Assembly: GCF_031769215.1 (NCBI RefSeq)
Contig: NW_026782721.1
Span: 434,001 to 498,000 of the forward strand
From: Ylistrum balloti
Taxonomy: Eukaryota
Reading direction: 5' to 3'
DNA length: 64,000 nucleotides
Shown here: piece after piece, positions 23,625 through 35,900 of the stretch
How the letters are laid out: the number at the start of each line of letters is the position of its first letter
Position numbering within the stretch: the first letter of the stretch is position 1
The notes under the pieces: generated by a model
Database searches by the model: none
The model's input: only the letters and a program-made list of their open reading frames with translations
Told to the model about the DNA's origin: nothing
Made by a program: the position numbers and the translations under genes

Positions 23625-24984
23625 ATCACCCTCACAGACATGTCATACTCAGATTCTATCTACCTATCAGTCAATCACACTCACAGACATCCCCTACTCA
23701 GGTTCTATCTACCTATCAGTCAATCACCCTCACAGACATGTTCTACTCAGGTTCTATCTACCTATCAGTCAATTACCCTCACAGACATGTCCTACTCATA
23801 TTCTATCTACCTATCATTCAAAAACCCTCACAGACATGTCCTACTCAGATTCTATCTACATACCAGTCAATCACCCTCACAGACATGTCCTACTCAGGTT
23901 CTATCTACATACCAGTCAATCACCCTCACAGACATGTCATACTCAGGTTCTATCTACCTATCAGTCAATCACCCTCACAGACATGTCCTACTCAGGTTCT
24001 ATCTACATATCAGTCAATCACCCTCACAGACATGTCCTACACATGTTATATCGCCTATCAGTCAATCGCTCTCACAGACATGTCCTACTCAGGTTCTGTC
24101 TATCTTTCAGTCAATCACCCTCACAGACATGTCCTACTCAGATTCTTCTGTCTACCTATCAGTCATTCACCCTCATGGACATGTCCTACTCAGATTCTGT
24201 CTACCCATCAGTTAATCACCTTCACAGACATGTCCTACTCAGGTTCTGTCTACCTATCAGTCAATCACCCTCACATACATGTCCTACTCAGGTTCTGTCT
24301 ACCTATCAGTCATTCACCCTCATAGACATGTCCTACTCAGATTCTGTCTACCTATCAGTCAATCATCCTTACAGACATGTCCTATTCAGATCCTATCTAC
24401 CTATCAGTCAATTACCCTCACAGACATGTCCTACTCAGATTCTGTCTACCTATCAGTCAGTCATCCTTACAGACATGTCCTATTCAGATTCTATCTACCT
24501 ATCAGTCAATCACCCTCACAGACATGTCATACTAAGATTCTATCTACCCATCAGTCAATCACCCTCACAGACATGTCCTACTGAGGTTCTATCTACCAAT
24601 CAGTCAGTCATCCTTACAGACATGTCCTACTGAGGTTCTATCCACCTATTCAGTCAGTCATCCTTACAGATATGTCCTACTCAGATCCTATCTACCTATC
24701 AGTCATTCACCATCACAGACATGTCCTACTCAGATTCTGTCTACTTATCAGTCAGTCATCCTTACAGACATGTCCTATTCAGATCCTATCTACCTATCGG
24801 TCAATAGTCAATCACCCTCACTGACATGTCCTACTCAGGTTCTATCTACCTATCAGTCAATCACCCTCACAGACATGTCATACTAAGATTCTATCTACCT
24901 ATCAGTCAATCACCCTCACAGACATGTCCTACTCAGGTTCTATCTACCTATCAGTCAATCACCCTCACATAGATGTCTTATATC
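23625..24984. repeat. 49-bp minisatellite, array 5 (about 28 units, with private variants)
   Basis: Same unit, fused directly to the truncated 3' UTR at cagtat|caccctcacag; not followed by the 17-bp satellite. Confidence 0.93.
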
Positions 24985-24999
24985 ATCTATTTTAAAAAC

Positions 25000-25320
25000 T
25001 TTCACAGGGGAAAATATGAGAGCCTTGAGTAATAAAAATTACAATTTTGGTCAAACATCTTTAAGCCTTTTCATCCATGAAGCATTTGAATCTAACTTAC
25101 TTGGTTTTTTAAAGTTTCAATCCATTTGACCCCTTTTGGTCATGGCTTATAGGCATCTTGTGGATGGGAACCATATAATTTATCATTTTGGTACAACTCT
25201 GGCCATCACAGGTTTCTGCAAAATTTCATTAAAATCGGTTCTAAGGTTTTCCAGAATTCAAAAATGTTGAAAGTTTACAACACATGACACCAGACAAAAG
25301 ATAATCGCAAGGGGTCTCCA
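25000..25320. mobile_element. Fragment resembling a bivalve interspersed non-autonomous repeat (HINE/Helentron-like)
   Basis: The aaatttcattaaaatcgg...aaaatgttgaaagtttacaa...gacaaaag run resembles, from memory, the common bivalve repeat body; not verified by a search. Confidence 0.35.
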
Positions 25321-25924
25321 TGGGATTTTGTCTGACAATGATCACAGGAAAACCAGGATGTGACAGACACCTCCATTGTTCCTACTACATAGGTATCATC
25401 ATACCATTGACATCATTCATTCAAGCATGAAAAGATAAATAAATGGCCGAAGCAGCTGCTCTATACCAAGCTTTAAAATCACCAGGAAAACCAGGTGCAT
25501 CCCTACTGAGGGACTCGTCAGGGATTGAACCCAGATCGCAGCACAATAATCCAAGGACCAACAAAAGCACAGAAGCACCCTGCTTCAGTGACAAAGACCT
25601 TATTTAACATTTAACTGAGTTTACATCACTATTGCCATATGTATATTGACATGAAAAAAATCACAACTGAAAAAAAAATCAAAACAGGTGAAAATTAAGC
25701 ATTTTATTAAAAATCATAAAAAAAATATCAATGATTTGTTTGATCTGAGTACATTACATACATTATACTTCAATAACAAACTTAATCTACTTTGACAAAC
25801 AAACAAGGAATTTCAACAAGGTGTCTCTCAATAAATATTATATTTATCTCCCAACAGTCATATTATCTAAACCTCAATATGATCAGACCTCTCAGTAACT
25901 ATAAATGTTATCCTCTTACCGTGA

Positions 25925-26760
25925 TCAATACTTTATCTCTCTGTGATCATAGACACATCATCTCTCTGTGATCATAGACACATCATTTCTCTGTGATCAT
26001 AGACACATCATCTCTCTGTGATCATAGACACATCATCTCTCTGTGATCATAGACACATCATCTCTTTGTGATCATAGACTCATCATCTCTCTGTGATCAT
26101 AGACACATTATCTCTCTGTGATCAAATCTCTATCTCTCTGTGATCATAGACATTATCTCTCTACGCTCAACACACTATCTATTTGTGATCATAGACACAT
26201 CATCTCTCTGTGATCATAGACACATTATCTCTCTGTATCATAGACACATTATCTCTCTGTGATCATAGACACATTATCTCTCTGTGATCATAGACACATA
26301 ATCTCTCCACAATCCACACATTATCTATTTGTGATCATAGACACATTATCTCTCTGTGATCATAGACACATAATCTCTCCACAATCCACACATTATCTCT
26401 CTGTGATCAAATCTCTATCTCGCTTTGATCATAAACACATTATCTCTCTGTGATCATAGACACATTATCTCTCTGTATCATAGACACATTATCTCTCTGT
26501 GATCATAGACACATTATCTCTCTGTGATCATAGACACATAATCTCTCCACAATCCACACATTATCTATTTGTGATCATAGACACATTATCTCTCTGTGAT
26601 CATAGACACATAATCTCTCCACAATCCACACATTATCTCTCTGTGATCAAATCTCTATCTCGCTTTGATCATAGACACATTATCTCTCTGTGATCATAGA
26701 CACATTATCTCTATGTGATCAAATCTCTATCTCGCTTTGATCATAGACATACTATCTCTT
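25925..26760. repeat. 25-bp minisatellite (tctctctgtgatcatagacacatca) with a 240-bp higher-order duplication
   Basis: Direct tandem units; identical blocks at 26259 and 26499. It lies about 190 nt past the PTGR3 stop. Confidence 0.93.
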
Positions 26761-26948
26761 GATGACCACAAATGAAATCACACAATGTTACCAGTATCTA
26801 TCAATAGTTGTTATTATTGAAATATCTTGAAGTATCTGTGGCTATATGAGAATCACAATACCATCAATGAATTTGTAATGAATTCTGGTTTCTGATTGGT
26901 TGTAATTATCCTTAAAATCACTTGTTAGTTTCCTGCTTAAACAACTGC

Positions 26949-29900
26949 TCAGAGCTTGCTGTTGGTTCCTGGTTTGTTCAATTCCACCACAATCTTCCCC
27001 AAATTTTTCTTTGTGTACATATACTGAAAAACAATAAATGTAAACTTGATTAAAACAAGAGTATCAGTGAAACTGATGAATGCTCCACAAAAACAACTTT
27101 GTTTGACACAGAATTTTAACAAAGGGCAATAATTAAGTACTTAATGGCTTTCAGGCTCTGAATTTGGAACACTCATTGTATTCACCAAATTTCATTATGC
27201 TAGTTTGAATAAAAACATATGCTCTGATGTGAAATTTTATCAAAGGGCAATAATTCTGTAATTAAGTGATTGTTGGCCCTGAATTTTATACACTGCACAT
27301 AGTCTTAGTGTGACAAATCATACATGATCACGAGATTTAGGATCCTTACTTAACTATGAGCAAAGTTATGCGCCAGACATGAAATGATCGATGAAAAGAC
27401 GGATGGACGGACAAAGCAGCAACTGTGTATGCTCCCCAGAAAATTTTCGGAGTTCACGGGAGTTTAAAAATTTTTGTCACACATGATGGACAATATTTAA
27501 GACAAATCAGGGCCAAACACACCACATTTAATTTCATTATTTGTTTTGATAGGAATATTAGTATATGACTTCGATGAATGCATGTACACACATACAATAG
27601 TATTGTTACTAGTATTGCATATCACAATAAACAACAACTAAATGTTTTCATTGTAAGAGACGAGGAAAGTCCAGCTGAATATTTCTTTCTTTTAAATCGT
27701 GTACATTTTGTGAGTTAATCTTTGAAAAGCTGCAAATTATAGGGCTAGTCGTAAACTGATCTCCTTTCAAATATATATCAGAACTGAAATAAGAAATTCT
27801 AAAATAAGTTAAAAGTAACAATTGTTTAGACACATATACGCAAACAACTATGTTAATTTTATCTTTTTAATTATATATATATGTATATATATAAACTAGC
27901 GGGAAAAAAAAGCAAGTTTGGTTTTCTTAATGCAATTTTTAGACATGTGCATAAGATTTAGTAAAATTTGACACTGAGCTACCTCTGTGCACTATGAAAA
28001 TGTTCTTCAGTTAGAATTCAGCCGACGCTACATGCTTTTACCTGATTTTTTTTTTAAAAGGTGTATCTAGGGTACTCCTGCACTATATGTGCTGGTAAAA
28101 TTACAAATCAAACATTAGAACAGTACCGATCAGCAACACAACATTTCTTTTTGAAGTGATTATAGAGCGAAATGCCGAAATTGAGTGAAGTTGAGAGGGG
28201 TAGTTGCTGTAATAATGCAGGGGCATTCGCAGCGTCATGTAGCCCAGCAATATAGCATACACGAGACAACATTATCCCATTTAGTTTGTTGTCTCAAAGC
28301 CACAGTGAGATTGGGTGAACGTCCCAGGAGTGGATGCTCACACGTTACATGGTGACATCAAGATAGAGGCATCTCTCACCTCCACAACCAGACGACCACA
28401 GAGATGGCACACCAAGTTGTCGGCACTCATGGTCAGCCTGTGTGTCTAAGAATGGTTAGGATTCTGTTATGGGAGTTTTATTTAAGGCCACAATGACCCT
28501 ATGTTGGTCCGTCACTTATGCAGAGACAATGCCAACCTCAAATGCAGTGGCTGCTTGCACAAGCATCTAATCAATTTTGTTTGGCTCATTGGAGACACGT
28601 GTTGTTCACTGACAAATCTCACTTTACACTTTAAAGATCAGATAGCTGACGTGTCTATTGGCAACCTGATAAACGGTATTCTGATGATTGCGTATCTGAA
28701 AGCCACAGAGTAAATAAATCACACAGGCCCTTAGGAATAATATCACCAAAGGACAATAAACACCTTGATGGGGTCAATGTTAAGGAAAGTAAGAGCAGCG
28801 ATTGAAGCCAAGAAATGGTACACATGCTACTCATTTAGATCAGAAAACGGCGTAGGGTACGCTAATCACACAAATGCCGTCTGTGATTGGACAACAAAAA
28901 TCATCAAAATGTATTCAGTAATAAAGAAAAATAATCGAGAAACCCAAACAATGAACTAATCATCAACGACTCATGTATGATAATAATTATCGAAAATAAA
29001 CTTTCAATTTTTTCTCTGTAATGTATACATATATATGAAACGCGGGTAAAATTACGACAAGTAATTCAAATGTTGCTGATCCAACATTGAATCTACAATT
29101 TGTATCCATGTATGTATTTCCATTGCGATCCAGGTGTTTATATCATGTAATTAGACAATTTGCTACTGTGATCATATTGAGAAATATCTTGGTGTATATT
29201 GATACAGTTTCCAAACATTTTTTGGGGATGTCATGGTTGTGTGATGGTTAGGCAATTTGGAATTTTCTCCAGATCAATGAATCGTAAAAACACTAAACAG
29301 ATTATATTTAATTACCTCTACAGCATCTGCAATTTTCTCCAGACCAATAAAAGGACCAGAGACAGTGGAGTCACCTTTGTCTATAAAACTTTTCAAGGCT
29401 CCCTCGCTGTACATGCTCGACAGTTTGGAGGCAGATTTCATCCAATCTTGTTCAAAATGTGGTATAAAGAATCCTTGAACACATGCCGATTTCTGTAATA
29501 ACTAAAAATAAATAAGATTTTTATATTATATTTTACTGTTGAGTACATAGTAGGGTTTGAAAGCATGATCACTGTAGCATTATACATAGTAACTGTGTAT
29601 CTGTAATTATACAGGACCAGTAACACAGTAAAAGACATTATCATCATTCAAACATCGAATTTATTACAGAAGTTCAATAATGTTACAAATCTTTATGAGA
29701 TCAGATTCTACTGATAACCTGTCAGACCATATGGGATTTCCCGATGTACTCTGCCCTCCTTCCACAGTAAGACCCCATGAGCACTTCCATCCAGGCCAAG
29801 AAAAGTAATTAATAGAAAATGTTATATCCTGTTTTGCAATTTTGTAAAATAAATAAAGTTTATATATACTGGTATGCTTACTAAAACTTCTGAAGTGTAA

Positions 29901-32900
29901 AATACTGAAAAAATCAAAGTTTGGAAAAACAGAGAAATCAAATTAATGACATCAGTGCATTCTATAAATATCATATATGAACTCTGGATGAAAAAATGTT
30001 TATTGCAGACACCATTCAATTTTCTTTTGATGTAACCTAAAATGTTTCTCATTCATCCTCAAAATTTTCAGTAAATGAACAACATAATGTGTTGAAAGTA
30101 AAACAATACAGAAGGGTCATGACATTTGACCTTGAACTTTGACCCAGCCAAGGATCTGGAAATACAATCTTATGTTAGCAGAAAGCTGTGAATGCACAGA
30201 TGTTGATTTCTCCTCAGCATGACTTACCCTGACAGGAAGAGATGCCATAGTCCTGGAGGGAGTGAAGCCCAAGTCAGACTCATATCCAGATATAAACCCA
30301 ATAACGATGAGGCGGCCTCCAGTGGTCAGACTGTCCAAACAAAATCAAACACAATCAGAGGCATGACCCTTACTGGTCAGATTGTCAAAACAAAATCAAA
30401 CACAATCAATGACATGGCCTTCAGTGGTCTGACTGTCCTAGCAACATTAAACACAATCAAAGACATGGTCTTCAGTGGTCAGACTGTCCAAACAACATTA
30501 AACACAATCAATGACATGGCCTTCAGTGGTCAGACTGTCCAAACAACATTAAACACAATCAAAGACATGGCCTTCAGTGGTCAGACTGTCCAAACAAAAT
30601 CAAACACAATCAAAGACATCGCAGTCAATGGTCAGACTGTCCAAACAACATTAAACACAATCAAAGACATGGCCTTCAGTGGTCAGACTGTCCAAACAAC
30701 ATTAAACACGATCAAAGACATGGCCTTCAGTGGTCAGACTGTCAAAACAAAATCGAACACGATCAAAGACATTGCAGTCAATGGTCAGACTGTCCAAACA
30801 ACATTAACCACAATCAAAAACTTGGCCTTCAGTGGTCAGACTGTCCAAACAACATTAAACACAATCAAAGACATGGCCTGCAGTGGTCAGACTGTCTAAA
30901 CACAATCAAACACAATCAATGACATGGCCTTCAGTGGTTGGACTGTCCAAACAACGTTAAACATAATCAAAGACATGGCCTTCAGTGGTCTGACTGTCCA
31001 AACAATGTTAAACACAATCAAAGACAGGGCCTTCAGTAGTCGGACTATTCAAACAACATTAAACACAATCAAAGACTTGGCCTTCAGTGGTCGGACTGTC
31101 TAAACAAAATCAAACACTATCAATGACATGTGTCCAAGATAGTAATGTTAAGACACCAGAAATAAATTCTAAAAATGTTACCTCAGAAGACTTAAGGATG
31201 TTGTACTTACCTGTTCAAACAAGTGTCGAATGTTTCTCCTCCGACTGACTCGTAAACAACATCAACACCTTTCTGTGGATTAACCCAAAGGATTCTTACT
31301 CAAATGTAATGTAAATCTAATGTAAATCAAATAACAAATTTTTCCTCACATTATATCAATCTGATTTAAATAATTGTGATTTTAAATAAAATTCAAAAGA
31401 CTTAGAAGAACTTTTAATGTTCAAATCCTGTCCATCCTTTCTCATACTGAACATAACATTGGTGATTTTTTTTTCTCAGAAACAACATTTTATTATCAAG
31501 GATGAAAGGAAGATAAACAGTTGAAGGTCAAATAATTGACCCTGGGTCAAAGTTATTTCGATGGAAACTATGACTCACCATCATGCATTGTGTTTATTTG
31601 TTTTTGTTTGTTAATAGATTCTTTTGAGATTTTTATTTTAACACATTTGACTGCAGTAAATGTTTGGTCAAGGTCACTTCAGGTATCATAACCTTATGGG
31701 TCTCATTTAGAATCAATTTTTCAAAGACTTTAACACCTTTGATGTCTGTTACTTTGAAAGCTGGTCAAAATATCCGTCTGGCCATAAGTTAAGGACCATC
31801 AATTGCACTATGAAAATTTTAATCAAACTGATTTTTCCTTTGTTATACTCCTTTTGTGTTTGAAGCTGTATGCAGCCAAGCCATGGATCAAACTTAACAA
31901 TAACATGGATTAAACAAGGGTACCCAATACTGTAGCAAAACACAAGATTGCTTTGGCACCTAAAACAGCATTTACATGTGTATTACTGGTAAATCATACA
32001 CATGTTCATACTGCATGTTGAAGTTGACAAACGCTGAAAGATGACTAATCAAAACTGGGTATGTTGACAAGCAACCCAGGTCTAGCAGACCTTGGAAGAC
32101 ACAGATAGAGAAGTTAGACAGGCAAGGTAAGCTCCATTCACCACGGCCAATAGGCACAGAGGCTAAAGGAAGGTTCACATCAGCCAACGTACCATCAACT
32201 GATGTTTGAACAATTGGCGACCGCCCTCTTGACGACCAGCAAAACATGTTCTGTTGACTGGAAGGCATAAACATGCAAGACTGCAATGGGCACAGGACCA
32301 TCAGGCATGGAATATCAGGCCTTGGCGAAGAGTTCACTAGTCTGATGCTGCTTAAGTCTGACAGACAGCAGGGCATGTTTGTAGACCAAGAAACACAGAA
32401 CACCATCAGAATCACATTCAGAGCACAACAGCATTTGGTGTAAGCGGTGTTACTGTATAGTGATATTTTTCTCTAAACTTCAGGTTTGCTTGCATGTTCT
32501 TAATTGAATTTTAAATAGGCAGAAGTACCATGATCAGATCCATCCCTTAAGCCTATCTTAATGGATAACAATGCTAAACCACACAGAGCTAGTTGAGTAC
32601 ATGACTAACAGGAAGTGACAGAGACACTCCCACTGCCTGCAATACTATGAGATATGAACCCAACTGAGAATGTCTATCTAGGACAAAAAGTCAAAGCACC
32701 GGATCCCAAATGCCAAACAATTAGAGAATTTCTGGTTGCGTTGATTCAGGAATGGCAGAGGTTTACTCAGAACAAGCTTCAGCATCTGGTCAATGGTATG
32801 AGAAGATAGGCACAAGAATCCCTGAATGTATGGTACCTATACCCAATATTGACATTTTCATACCCAATAGAACTTGTTGATAAGTTCATTTTCTTGATCA

Positions 32901-35900
32901 AGAAAAATGTTCCTTTTAAATGATACAGCACCTCTGGTTCTGTATATTTCCCTTTCCAGTTGCCAGTGAATGTTTAAATACAGAGAACATAATTAAGCCC
33001 AATGTAAGATGTCGGTGGTGCTTTACTTACGGGCAAGTGTACATTTCTAACGAACAAATTTTTGACAGCCCTATCAGCAGGTGAGCTAAAAATGAAATAC
33101 CTAGTCCAGGGATTCAAACATGTAGAAAAAGAATTGTTTGATATGAGAAAATATTACCTTATATTCTGTTTTCAAAACAGTTCGTAAATCTTCCTTTTTG
33201 TAATTTATGGGTCGGTCACATCCTAATTTCTAGAAAAAAAAATCATCAGGAATCAAATAATTTCAATAAGAATTATAATAAGAAACGCACAATAACAATA
33301 TATCAGAAAATGAACTGATTTATCAAGCATATCAAATACGCACTGTTAACAGGAGAAATTATACTTTCCCCTTTAAAAAGTTCACAATGGTTATCTTTAC
33401 TTTTACATATTTATCTAGCAGAGATTCCAACTTGCTCTCTATAGTGTTCAACTTTACTCGTATATTTACGTATATATAGGAGAGACTCCACCTTCCCCTC
33501 TTTAGTGTTCAACTTTACTCGTATATTTATGTATATATAGGAGAGACTCTAACTTCCCCCCTAAAATGTACATCTCTAGCCCTATATCTATTTTGCAAGT
33601 GTATTGTTACCTTGAGAAATTCCACCTTTTCCTCTGTAGAACATGTTCCAATAACATGACAGCCAGCTTTCTTTGCCCACTGTACCTATAAATCCAAATA
33701 CGTTGTTTTATTAGAATTGAGAGCGTTGAATTCTATGGAGGGCAGATAGGTCCTTATTTGATAAAACATTGTGACCTTTAGTATCTTTTCCACTGTACTT
33801 TACTGATGTGATAGAACAGAATTGACTTATATAAACCTGAGGAAAATAACATTAAAGCTAAACAAGACGATTATCCAGAGACCAACATAACATGGATACA
33901 GACATACTTTTGAAGTAGTTTTCCTGGTAACTTTTTTGACAGACAAACATGGTATTTAACAAGATTGTGCACAAGATACTTACAGCAAACTGTCCTGTTC
34001 CACCTGCAGCAGCTTCAAACAAGAGAAAAAGCTACAATAAATCTTTCTATAACCTAGGACTGATAATAAACCTTCCCATACCTATAACAATAAACATCAT
34101 CACCTACTCTATCATGTACATCATATATTGGCAGAATTAATATTTCAACACATGAATTTTTTAAACAGTAACTTCTTCAAATAATAAATACATTATTTAA
34201 ACAGTATCTCTACATATTACAGTATTTAAATCTATAAGCATGAATATAATGCTGATCTAAATGTAATAATTACCAGTGACCAAGACAGTCTCTCCTTTCT
34301 TCAAATTTCCAAACTGAAAACAGCAGAGTGAAAATGTTTTATTGGATAAGACATCTATTGATATACCTTACATATTCATAATTTGTGGAAATGGACAGAA
34401 CAAGAAAAACATCTTGCTGTTAATGTTCTTGACTGAAAGAACGCCTCTGTTCTCTTGTTATGGAACCATTCTCTTTCAAGAAAGGTGAACAGCCATACAC
34501 TTACATGTAGCATATTTTATGAAAAATGTGTCAAAATCAAAGAAGAAATATATGGAGGAAGAAATGATAAAAGCAATTTTATTTGTTGTTATTGTCTCAC
34601 CTTTTCTAAGGCAACAGTTGCTGTGGGTCCACTTAATTGGAATGGCAAGAACTCTGGGGAGGCCGTCGGAATCTTGGTCAGGAGTCTGGCTGGTACTTTC
34701 TGTAATTATGTAGTAGACCTTATTTACACAACAGTATTTCCAAGATCTGGCCTTAATCTCTGCCACATATTTTTCAAGGGATACTGCAAAACACCCTTTA
34801 TTCATTCTGCTCATAAACATCCCTTTAGACTCTGCTTTCCCTGGGAGACTACAGTTTGGCAATCTACACTGAGAAAGGGTTATCCTCTAAGGCCCATCGC
34901 TTCTTAAAGATGTTGTTCCGTAAAGTCCAACTGTCATACATTTGCACCTGGCTGTTCTAGAGCAGTCATACTATTTAGTCATCGTCCCCAGCTAGGAAAT
35001 TTAATTAGGTCTTACTTTCCCAAGATAGATCATACTCTTGAGTAACAGTTTCCTTGAAGAATCCAGCCCTTAAAATGTTTACAAGCCACCAGTATTGCCA
35101 ATTCACATGATTTTGTCAGGTCGGTCTGATACTGGACTTGTTCAAATCGTGGAAAATTTAAGAATCACTCGATATTTCTTTGTTTTTGACCAGTTTTGAA
35201 AAATTTCAAAATCTATTTCTGAATCTAATATTAGTCAAAATAGTATTCAAACATGAAACATCATCTCATACACATATACTATTATACAATAGAGTTAACT
35301 ATATTTTCCTTTACAGTTGCAAGGAGACACTGAACCCTGAACTATCAAAAGTTAATATATGAGTGAAGTAAATTATTCAAGATTGTATTCACTTAGACAT
35401 ATGTCAGATTTTTTAGTCTTAATTAATTTTTAATTTAAATGCCAGAATGAGACTAGCTAAATTTGTAACTGACATCTATCGACCAGTGGGAAAACTATGT
35501 ATTGACCAGTGGCCAGAGGCATACTGTTGTTACTTAATATATACATGGTCAATGTTATAAATGTATTTCCTGATTACATAAGTTATTACCTAAGCTCATG
35601 TATTAATCTTTGTTAGTCTGTTTATCTATTGTGTAAAGTTACTTTACCAACAATTTTTTAACTTTTTGGTATAAATAGACTTCTCTTGGCTTACTAGAAG
35701 AGAAGAGCAAAGGCCAGACAGGAGAGAGGCTAGTTTCCACTGTCAGGACAGCTGTTCGCTCAGGCTTCTGCCTGAACAGTTTGGATGTAATTTGTAAATA
35801 TATACACTTATATATATAGGATATATATAGGACAATCTACAATTAACATGAAGACCAGAAGTTTGACTTAATTGTCATCACTACACTATAAGTCAACAAC

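Noticed and set aside
3352-24633. Long Ser/Thr/His-rich ORFs (up to 523 aa) after each TRIM copy
   Set aside because: They are translations of the 49-bp minisatellite, which is stop-poor and cycles through all three frames; there is no unique coding signal.
30219-30899. 226-aa ORF of 17-residue repeats
   Set aside because: It is the antisense reading of the 51-bp acceptor array and PTGR3 exon 10; the unit length is simply a multiple of 3.
31972-32415. 147-aa minus-strand ORF as a gene
   Set aside because: It is the antisense shadow of the Tc1 relic.
28172-33041. One Tc1 element split around PTGR3 exons 9-11
   Set aside because: The second relic (31771-33041) has its own N-terminal and middle regions and both TIRs, so these are two independent insertions.
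34455-34907. Overlapping 150-aa and 128-aa ORFs
   Set aside because: They are off-frame or antisense shadows around PTGR3 exon 4 (34699-34601).
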